Below are positions 1 through 9,410 of a DNA stretch of 64,000 bases, one piece after another. The notes under the pieces were generated by a model. The model did no database searches. It was not told the DNA's origin and saw only the letters and a list, made by a program, of their open reading frames with translations. Each line of letters opens with the position of its first letter. Positions within the stretch are counted from its first letter, which is position 1. Made by a program: the position numbers and the translations under genes. The DNA is from Histomonas meleagridis 2922-C6/04-290x (lineage: Eukaryota > Protista > Parabasalia), in the NCBI GenBank assembly GCA_020184695.1, contig JAANOX010000082.1, positions 1 to 64,000 on the forward strand, written 5' to 3'.

Positions 1-548
1 AATTTGATCTCTTGTTTAAACAAAGAAAATATCATTTAAACATTATTTTGGATATTAATGCCAAAGAAAGCTAATTTTTGTCAAAAATTTGTTTCAACTA
101 TAATTGTTCACAGCATTTTATGATACCTTTTTCCTTATACATATGATCCATATTGTGATAGAAATGAATTGACATAATTTATTTTCAAACTAAATTTGTT
201 TTAATTTTTTGCATAAAAAGTCGGATGATTTTACAACACAATTTTTGGTGAGAGGAATGGAATTGAAATTTCTCTTTATTTCACTTTGAATAATTTCTTT
301 TGACTTCAATTTATGTAACTAAATAAATTTAAACCTCATTAAAATATGTTACGTGTTTAAAAAATTCGTTAACTTTTTATATATGTTTATTCAATAAGTT
401 TTTTAGAATGATATCAATTCTTTACCAAAATGGAAAGAATTCCATTTGATCATTTGCTTTATCTGTTATATCATATTGGATTCCTTCATTTTACAAATCA
501 TTTCAATTATTTGGTATAATCATTTTCTTTTGCATACATGTATGTTAT

Positions 549-2074
549 AAAAAATATTTTATATAATTTTCAAATATAATATTAAAATCTAAAAAAATTT
601 GGATAAACATTAAGCTTTATACATTAATATCTTTAGCATTTATATCAATTCATTCTTGTTCAAGTAATATATTTACGATTTCTATGTGACCATTTTCAGA
701 AGCAAAAATATGTGCTGTTTGAAATATATATAATAATTTCCAATTATTTTTTTGATATATGATATTGTTAAAACAAATATTAAAATAAATATATAATCAT
801 TTTTGGTATTTATATCAACACCTTTTTGTGTAAGAAGTAATTTAACTATTTCTGTATGTCCACTTTGTGATGCTAATATAAGAGGTGTATTAAATAACAA
901 AAATAATTTCCATAAAAAAAAGTTAATACATCAAATTATTTGTGGAAATGTTTTATAAAATTAATAAACATTTTGAGTATTAATATCAATTCCTTCTTGT
1001 TCAAGAAGTAATTTAACGATTTCTGTATAACCATTATCAGATGCTCTAATAAGTGCTGTATTAAATAATTTAAATAAATTTCAAATATTATTTTGAAATA
1101 TTAAATTATTAAAATAAATATTATCTTTAGCATTGATATCAATTCCTTCTTGTTCAAGAAGTAATTTAACTGTTTCTGTACGACCATTATTAGATGCTCT
1201 AATAAGTGCTGTTTTAAATATTTTAAATTATTTCCAAATATTATTTTGAAATATAAAATTATCAAAATAAATTTCAAATATAACAAATAAATATTTTTAG
1301 TATTAATATCAATTCCTTCTTGTTCAAGAAGTAATTTAACGATTTCTATGTTACCACTTTCAGCTGCTAATATAAGTGCTGTATTAAATATTTTAAATAA
1401 TGTTCAAATATTATTTTGAAATATAAAATTATCAACACAAATATTAAATAAAACAAATAAATATTTTTAGCATTAATATCAATTCCTTCTTGCTCAAGAA
1501 GTAATTTAACAATTTCTATTCTGTCATTTAAAGATGCATTCATAAGTGCTGTATAAAATATTTTAAATAATTTCCAAATATTATTTTAAAATATAAAATT
1601 ATTAAAATAAATTTCATTTTTAGCATTAATATCAATTCCTTCTTGTTCAAGAAGTAATTTTACTACTTCTGTATAACCATTATCAGATGCATTCATAAGT
1701 GCTGTATAAAATATTTTAAATAATTTCCAAATATTATTTTAAAATATAAAATTATCAAAATAAATATTATTTTTAGCATTAATATCAATTCCTTCTTGTT
1801 CAAGAAGTAATTTAACGATTTCTGTACGACCATTATTAGATGCTCTAATAAGTGCTGTATTAAATATTTAAAATAATTTCCAAATATTATTTTAAAATAT
1901 AAAATTATCAAAATAAATATTATTTTTAGCATTAATATCAATTCCTTCTTGTTCAAGAAGTAATTTAACGATTTCTATATGACTATCTCTAGATGCTTTA
2001 ATAAGTGCTGTATTAAATATTTAAAATAATTTCCAAATATTATTTTAAAATATAAAATTTTCAAAATAAATATT
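549..2074 (-). other. Array of 35 putative 17-nt intervening elements alternating with single-codon micro-exons (10 spacers)
   Basis: Spacers 2012-2074, 1859-1921, 1706-1768, 1553-1615 (63 nt), 1383-1462, 1213-1292 (80), 1060-1122 (63), 889-969 (81), 719-798, 549-628 (80). Retained codons read NYGN, NYGN, NYGY, EYGY, NYEN, EYGK, NNEN, NDGN, NHGQ; the last spacer lies past the stop. Confidence 0.75.
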
Positions 2075-3214
2075 ATTTTTAGCATTAATATCAATTCCTT
2101 CTTGTATTAAAATATATTTAACAAGTTCAATATTTCCTGACTTTGATGAAAATACTAAAATATTTTTCGGAATTTGATTACTTTCAAGAAAATGTTTAAT
2201 TAGAAATATGTTTCCAATTCTTGTTGATTCATTAATAATGTTTTCGCAAATTGGCATCCCTTCTTTTTGTAAAAATATAAAAATTTCATAATTATGAGAT
2301 GAAATACACTTCTTTCCAAATTCTTCTAAATTATTAATTTCAGTAATTTTATTTTCATAAAGATATTTAAAGATATTATTTCGATGAAATTCAATTGCTG
2401 CTTCATATCCATCTTTAAATGATGAATGATTTTGTTCACATAAATGAATGATTTCTTCATTTCCACCTGCAACTGCATATTTACCTGCATTTTTTATATT
2501 AGAACCATTCATAAGTAAATATTTAAAACATTTAATTGATCTGAAAAATGCTGCATAATCAATTAATGTAATATTATTTTGATTAATAAATGAATGTCTT
2601 TCATAAACTGATGGTTCAATTGTTTGATTAAAATCAAAATTTGTTTGTGATGATATTTCTTGAAGTTTTCCGATTTCATCATTTCGAATTATTCTTGCAA
2701 TTTCATTCGGATTAGCTCCTTCTTTAATTAATTTCTTATGAAGTTCCCAATCATTCTTTGAAAGTTCTTCAAAGTTTCCCATATTTCGTTTCAAATATTT
2801 ATTTTTTTCTAGAAATTTTTTGGACATGTAATGTATAAAATATGATTCTTCTCTTATCTGTTTAACTATGTTTGATTTACATAAATTTTCTTGAATCATT
2901 CTCTCAAGAAAATAATTTGATTCTTGAGAATGTATATTTAAAATCATTTGTAAAAAAACTTTATGTATTTTACTTTGAATTTGTTTCTTATCTTCAATTT
3001 TTTTTATTTCTTTAATGAAATTCATATAGATTTCGAAATCATTCATACCTGATACAAATGATGAATAAATTATTTGACTAATAAGTAAGTTAAATGAATA
3101 CTGATAATTATTATCAAAGATATCAAACACTGAAATAGCTACTTGAACAACATTTTCTTTATTTAAGGAAAATATTTTTTGTTGAATAAACTGAATTGTT
3201 TCCCAATTGTTCAT
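650..3214 (-). CDS. DUF3447-like N-terminus plus about 9 ankyrin repeats, interrupted by 17-nt elements (ankyrin gene 1)
   Basis: ORF 2045-3214 encodes the family N-terminus (IDYAAFFRSIKCFKYLL, KYAVAGGNEEIIHLCEQ) and runs into EGIDINAKN. Downstream are 90-nt cores such as TALIKASRDSHIEIVKLLLEQEGIDINAKN separated by AT-rich spacers. After removing the 17-mers the frame is open to TGA at 652-650 (one 18-nt element at a T8 run). Confidence 0.8.
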
Positions 3215-3504
3215 TTTTGTTTTACAGAGTACCAGACAAGTAAAAATCTAGTGAACAAAACCTTTTCACCATTATCGGCATATTCAAAAAAGTGGGAATT
3301 GAGATAAAAATTTTCTTGCTGAAAAAGTTATGTTTTAACGGTCACAAACCGTTTTTAATTGTGATGGAAGTGAATGTGAGGTTGAATATATTGTTAATGA
3401 AAGCAATAAAATTAAATAATAATTAAGTGTTGATTCATTAAGTTAAATGATTCATTCTTTGATTCTAATTCGTCTGATCTATCATCATCTTATCCTATTT
3501 TAAT

Positions 3505-4760
3505 AGATGACGAACCAAATTGTGCGGGAGCTCTTTCAATTGAAGGACAAAGTTCTAAACTTTCAAGAATTATTTTCACAAATTTAATTTCGGTCAACTC
3601 AATTACAATTCCTTCTGCTTCTGTTTCTATATCTAATACGTCACTAAATTCGCCTTCGATAACAGTAAATCAAAACTTCGAATTACATTTAATTATACAA
3701 TTCAATCTATCAAAATATCATGTTCAGGAGATCTTTATTTTGAAAAAGGATCAATTATTAACACTCCAGAAATCGAAATTACTGAAAAATGTTATTTTCC
3801 TCTTCAAATAATTCATCTATCAACAATTTTAAAGTTGAAGGCATCTTTTTATAATGGATACATTAAAATATTATCACTAACATTCATAAATCGACCACAT
3901 CTTATACTTAATTCAATTGTTGGCTTTCTTTCATCACATAGCATTATAGTTGGTTGTAATATTTATTGACCAATCAGACTTCATAATTTATTATAAGTCT
4001 ACAAAGTTGAAAATAAAATTAATACAGAAATACTGTGACATATTCTTTTGTGATACAGAAGGCTCTGAATCACTTCAAGGTTCTTTACTATATTTAGTGG
4101 ATATACTACTGATCTTAAAAACTTTCGTAATACTAACAAAAACAGAAAAGCATCTGGACAAACTATACGAATGATTTTTTATGACTTTTTACTGAAAACA
4201 ATATACCAAAAATATATTTTAATGATATTGATATTATTATCTGCGGAACATATCAATGTATTAACGATGTTCCTGAAGAAGATTTTTGTGTTAATGTTTA
4301 TTGGAAATCATTACAAGATATAATAACTTTTATAAATGATACAATTAAAAATATCCATTAAATTGATGGGCAAACATTATGTTCTTATATAGAAAAATAT
4401 TTCAAATTCTTTTCGAAGTTTAAAGAAATTCCTTCATTTAATTCAGATTTTAATTCAAGCTTATCGAATATATTTAAACAATTTTTTTGATGAAGAACAT
4501 CAAGTTTATAATCCAAATTGGGAAAAATTATTAAAACAAGATATTACATTATGTTTAAACATAATAAAAGATGTTATTGCAAATGATTTTTTATTCATTT
4601 TCAAAAGAAGCACTTGAGATGTATAATAATTTAATCAAAGATTATATTACTAAGAATATAAACTTAATACTAATGAACAATTAATAATACATATTAACAA
4701 GGATCATTATTAAAACACAAGGATCAAAATCCTCAAATGACAGTGATCACAAAAATCAAA
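3505..4760 (+). pseudogene. Degraded remnant of a probable surface/secreted protein gene
   Basis: Discontinuous coding-like stretches (DDEPNCAGALSIEGQSSKLSRIIFTNLISVNSITIPSASV; DIIICGTYQCINDVPEEDFCVNVYWKSL) broken by frameshifts and stops. No family recognised. Confidence 0.3.
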
Positions 4761-5303
4761 TTATTCAATATGTTACTTCAATTGTAAATGCAACAACAGT
4801 GATGTGCATAGGGAAATAGATAGTATCGAAAGAGAAAGAAAGCAATTCAAAGTTGGCTACCTCGATACGTTCAGAGTTGGGGTGCATCTGTATTCCGAAA
4901 GTAGAACATACGACATATGTGCGAATGATATACTTTACCCGTTTGAGGTCGGCGAAATTAATTGTGATAGAGCAGCTACTTATCACAATGGGTACTGCGT
5001 TGGTTTAATTTCCACAAACGATCTCTTTCATTGCGTATATTGCCATACAATACCGGTTCCTGGGGAAGAGCAAAAAAGGTAAATAGTTACTTCTTAAGAT
5101 TTCATTTATTCATATGGAAGAACAAAAACAATGAAAGAAAAATAAAATTCTTTTATATTTATTTGTATATCAATCTTTGTTTTCTTAAATTGGTATTTAT
5201 AAAATCATTTATTATTGTTATAGATAATGTTAAAATGTTTAAGAACAAATAAAATTTTTATTTTTATTTATTTTTATTTTTATTTATATAATAAATAAAT
5301 ACT

Positions 5304-6692
5304 TTATTCAAAACTTGACAAAACAGTGTTATTTGGTCGAGGCTTATATGTAAATCCGACGAATGCGAATTGTGCCAAATCTGACAGAGGGATGTGGCCG
5401 CATGTTTGGTGTGGCAATGGCTCTAATTGTTCGAAATGCGAAGTGTCTGTTGGTGATTTGATGATAGGTATAAACGGCGGCGTGTTCGAGAATGGCTCTT
5501 CGAAATCAAATCCATTGAAGAACGGGTGCGAAATGATCTCCTCGAAGCCGTACCGCTCTGTCTCGTCGCATATCAAATGCCGCATCAAGTCGACTGCTTC
5601 AATTGTCGCATTTTGTGTAACAGGAAATTGAAGCGTGTTCGTCCAATTGAGGATTTTGCGCGCAATGTGCTTCGCTTTCTTACTATAAAACGGAGGATAT
5701 CCATAGATCATTTCGTAAAGAATGACGCCAACTGCCCAAAAGTCGCTCGAAGGCGTCGCGTTTTGTCCGCAAAGTAATTCGGGCGATGCATAATCAATAG
5801 ATAACGCTTCAATATGATTGTCGCGCGTATGATGCGGACGGCCTGAATTTCGCGATGAATAAATTTCATTAATTTGATCAATAGTAAATCCAATCTCATC
5901 TAATATTAATGAAATATCAATCTCTGGTTTGGAATAATTAGTCGCTAGTCCAAAGTCTGTAAGTTTAATATGACCATTTAAATTAATTAATATGTTATCT
6001 GGTTTAAGATCTCGATGTAAATATCCTAACGAATGAACAGAATGAATCGCTAAACAGATTTCTGCTATATAAAATTTCGCCCACGATGGTTGAAACGTTT
6101 GATATTTCATTAAAAGCCCCATTAAATCACCGCCTGGAACATATTCTAATGAAAGATAAAGATATTCTTGATCTTGAAATGAACATTTTAACTCAACAAT
6201 CCATGGATTATTGGAAATACTTAATACATCACGTTCTGATCGAACATTATTAACTTGTTGATCAATAATAATTTTCGCTTTCTTTAAGACTTTTAACGCA
6301 CATAATTCTGAAGTAGTTCGATCACCTGCTAACCAAACTTCTCCATAACCTCCACGGCCAATCATTTTTAAACGTACATAACGTTCTGCTTTAAATCTAG
6401 TACGCATAACTCGCGTATATGTTGATTCTTCAGTCAAAAATTTTTGGTAATACTCTTCACGTTCTTCTTGTGTAAGATTTTCTTTGCTCAAAAAATTGTT
6501 GATCTTAGTATGACGTCGTTCTCGTTCAATAGCATCATTCGATATTTTGTTATAATGGTCGTCAAAAAATTGCCGAATACTAATAACTTTAATTTGTGTT
6601 TCGCGACTAACTCCAATGTCATTCGCTATTTCATTTAAAATATTAGGATCAAAATTATATGTAATCGCTGCTGGTCTAACAACTGATGTCAT
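5304..6692 (-). CDS. NDR/LATS-family AGC serine/threonine kinase
   Basis: GRGGYGEV, ALK, HRDLKPDN, DFG, DYASPE, N-terminal regulatory segment (FLTEESTYTRVMR) and C-terminal hydrophobic motif FVGFTY. Confidence 0.9.
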   Translation of the reverse strand: MTSVVRPAAITYNFDPNILNEIANDIGVSRETQIKVISIRQFFDDHYNKISNDAIERERRHTKINNFLSKENLTQEEREEYYQKFLTEESTYTRVMRTRFKAERYVRLKMIGRGGYGEVWLAGDRTTSELCALKVLKKAKIIIDQQVNNVRSERDVLSISNNPWIVELKCSFQDQEYLYLSLEYVPGGDLMGLLMKYQTFQPSWAKFYIAEICLAIHSVHSLGYLHRDLKPDNILINLNGHIKLTDFGLATNYSKPEIDISLILDEIGFTIDQINEIYSSRNSGRPHHTRDNHIEALSIDYASPELLCGQNATPSSDFWAVGVILYEMIYGYPPFYSKKAKHIARKILNWTNTLQFPVTQNATIEAVDLMRHLICDETERYGFEEIISHPFFNGFDFEEPFSNTPPFIPIIKSPTDTSHFEQLEPLPHQTCGHIPLSDLAQFAFVGFTYKPRPNNTVLSSFE

Positions 6693-6766
6693 AAAACTTT
6701 ACTTAAAAATATTCAGCGGAGACCGTTTGGCATTGAATAATTATTTTGTCAATTTCTTCTTTAATA

Positions 6767-7297
6767 ATGTTCAGATCAAGATCAAAACATCAAATCACAT
6801 TTAATCATCTTTATAATAAATATAAATGGACAGAAAAACAAATTGAAGAAGAAGTTAACAAAGGACATTTAACACCAATTTCACCTTTTTCATCAGAACA
6901 AACATCTATGAATAATATTACATGTTCTATTTGTTATAATTTTTATCCATTAATTAATGAAACGAATTGTTGTCACCAACATATTTGTACAGAGTGTTTT
7001 GCAGCATGTATTACTCCAGAAGAAAAGACATGTCCATTTTGTCGGAAATGTAATTTAAGTGTTAAAGCTAATCAACGGAAAGAAAATCTTAAAATTCAAG
7101 ATTTTGACGATCTTCAATTTTCTAAACATGAAAAAGAATTACGTGAAGGTATTCAATGGGATGAATTAACAGGGTTTAGTGATGAAATTATTGCAGCATC
7201 ACTTCAATATAATATTGATCCAAGTTTTCTTCATGAGTTATCATCTTCAGGTATTAGTGAAGAAGAAATTCTTCAAATTATTCAGATGCAACATTAA
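6767..7297 (+). CDS. RING-finger protein, DA2/GW2/Sip5-like
   Basis: CSICYNFYPLINETNCCHQHICTECF...CPFC. First ATG is at 6767; the ORF track start is a non-ATG extension. Confidence 0.7.
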   Translation: MFRSRSKHQITFNHLYNKYKWTEKQIEEEVNKGHLTPISPFSSEQTSMNNITCSICYNFYPLINETNCCHQHICTECFAACITPEEKTCPFCRKCNLSVKANQRKENLKIQDFDDLQFSKHEKELREGIQWDELTGFSDEIIAASLQYNIDPSFLHELSSSGISEEEILQIIQMQH

Positions 7298-7442
7298 TCA
7301 ATAAAATCACGTATAAAAATTAATTTTTATTTTGATGAAATGAAATTATTCGAATCCAATTTTTCATAAAGTATACAAAATTCAGTTAAGAAAATTTTTG
7401 CTTCGACCACAACAAAATTTCAAATCTTCAAAATCGAACGAA

Positions 7443-8888
7443 ATGACTGAATTTGGGAGTACAGTAGCTATGATTCCATGTTGTATTTGTGGAGTCCCAA
7501 TTGAACCTAATCCGAGTAATATGTGTTTAGCATGTTTACGAACGCAAAGTAATTTTTCTAATGAAATTCCGAATACATCATCTATTACATATTGTCGTAC
7601 ATGTGGTCGATATCAAACAAGTCCTACACAATGGCAAGCATTTCCTTTAGAATCTAACGAGTTACTTCAACTTTGTATTTCTAAAGTTTCAGGACTTCAA
7701 AATTTCACTAAAACAGAAGCACATTTTCTTTATACAGAACCACATTCCAAAAAATTAAAAATTTCATTAACGGTTCAAAAAGAGTCTATTAATGGAGCTA
7801 TTTTACGCCAAACATTAATTTTAACTATTAATGTTTGTAATATGCAATGTCCACAATGTTGTGAAGCCGCCACGCCACGTGATCATTGGATTGCTAATGT
7901 TCAGTTACGGATGGACAGCAAACATCGTCGTACATTATTTTGGCTTGAACAAGTTATCTTATCACATCATGCGCACTCGAAAGCAGTTAACATTCAGCGC
8001 CAAAAGTCAGGTGTTGATTTCCATTTTTCTGATAAGTCATCAGCGATGTCATTTGTTAATTTTATTCAAAATCATCTTCCAGTTCTTGTTGAAGATTCGC
8101 ATCGTCAAGTTGGTGAAGATATTCAAAACTCGACTATTGATTCACGTTATTCGATTAGTGTTCGAGCGCCACCATTAAATCGTCAAGACTTAGTTATACT
8201 TCCAGATTACTTAGTTAAAGGCACAGGCAATCAATGCTTCATTGCAGTTGTATTACGTATTACGCGTAATATTAAAATGATCGATCCGCACACAGCGAAA
8301 ATCATTGACATTGACGGTCCTAAATATTGGAAGCGTCCATTTAATGCGATTCTTTCTCTGAGTGATCTCAAGAAATTTGTTGTTATTTCTATTGAATGCA
8401 TTGGAGCAAAAATTGGACGATTCCAAGTTGCTGACATTGAACTTGTTGATGAAGAAACATATAGCGAACATATTTCAGTTCGAAGTCACTTAGGGAATAT
8501 CTTACACGAGAACGATGTTGTTCTTGGCTATGACATTCGAAGCAGTGTGCTAACAGACAAAGATGCGGAAGTCTTCCAGCGACATAATCTTTCAGAAGTT
8601 ATTATTGTTGGTAAAAGTGTTGAACATAAGAAACGTAACAAACGTCGTCAGTGGCACGTGAAGGAACTTGCGCCTGTGAACGAGTCTGATCAAGAGGAGT
8701 TCGAAGAGTTTCTTGACGACTTGGAGAATGACGCAGAAAATCGTCAGAACGTTGACATATATCGCAACACAGAAGTCGCCGCAGATGATCCTGACGTTGT
8801 GAGGACGACGATTGCATTGAGTGAGATGAAAATTGATCCAGACAATCAACAATACGCATTTGTACCCGATCCATATGGAACATATTGA
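7443..8888 (+). CDS. NMD3: 60S ribosomal export adaptor NMD3
   Basis: CCICGVPIEPNPSNMCLAC, CRTCGRY, TEPHSKK, CPQC, ANVQLR, acidic EEFLDDLE C-terminus. ATG at 7443. Confidence 0.95.
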   Translation: MTEFGSTVAMIPCCICGVPIEPNPSNMCLACLRTQSNFSNEIPNTSSITYCRTCGRYQTSPTQWQAFPLESNELLQLCISKVSGLQNFTKTEAHFLYTEPHSKKLKISLTVQKESINGAILRQTLILTINVCNMQCPQCCEAATPRDHWIANVQLRMDSKHRRTLFWLEQVILSHHAHSKAVNIQRQKSGVDFHFSDKSSAMSFVNFIQNHLPVLVEDSHRQVGEDIQNSTIDSRYSISVRAPPLNRQDLVILPDYLVKGTGNQCFIAVVLRITRNIKMIDPHTAKIIDIDGPKYWKRPFNAILSLSDLKKFVVISIECIGAKIGRFQVADIELVDEETYSEHISVRSHLGNILHENDVVLGYDIRSSVLTDKDAEVFQRHNLSEVIIVGKSVEHKKRNKRRQWHVKELAPVNESDQEEFEEFLDDLENDAENRQNVDIYRNTEVAADDPDVVRTTIALSEMKIDPDNQQYAFVPDPYGTY

Positions 8889-9410
8889 ATATATAAATAA
8901 ATAAATATCAAATTTTTATTGGAAATATAATTCTCTGAATGAACTCAATTGAGTTATTTCATTGTGGATTTTTAGCATAAATATCTGTGAACATTAATGA
9001 TTTCTCTTCCTTGTTATTAATATAAAGAAATGAATTTTATATTTCATACATTTTCATTAATAGAGTTCAATTACATTCCCAATTTGTTACAAAGAATTCT
9101 TATTTTACATTGCATTATTATGGGGGACTTTTGATTGGATTTCTCTTCCTTATTTTTAAAAAAGCAGATTCATAATTCAGAATGAAGTTACTTTGATCCT
9201 TTGAGATTGGGTTTTATTCTTGTATTTAAGATGCGAATTTTATGTTCCATATTCATTTTCCCTAATAAAGTTCGGTTACATTTCTAATTTGGATTATATT
9301 ACAAAGAATACTTATTTTGTAATGAAAATTTTCATTTATTTAAACAAACATTTCTAAAAATATATTTAAAAATTATTTATTTATTTATTTATTTAAACAT
9401 ATCATTCTAT

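Noticed and set aside
3-74. Possible ankyrin end on the + strand (LLFKQ...LDINAKES*)
   Set aside because: Too short and cut by the window edge to support a call.
682-1956. ORF-track ORFs 682-900, 1101-1286 and 1693-1956 as separate hydrophobic proteins
   Set aside because: They are off-frame or partial readings through the ankyrin cores and U-rich elements of gene 1.
549-2074. Each spacer is one conventional intron ending at the ACAG seen before CACTT
   Set aside because: That AG is just the Thr-Ala codons (ACA GCA) and is absent where the core begins TPL or TIL. Most spacers lack a 5' GT, there is no ACTAAC branch motif, and single-block removal would not supply the conserved Gly.
1553-2074. 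TAA read-through or TAA/TAG reassignment to explain in-frame stops in the 63-nt spacers, RhoGEF and 56932
   Set aside because: Actin, eL36, CacyBP and others end in TAA, and multi-kb ORFs contain no internal TAA. The 80- and 100-nt spacers shift frame, which read-through cannot fix.
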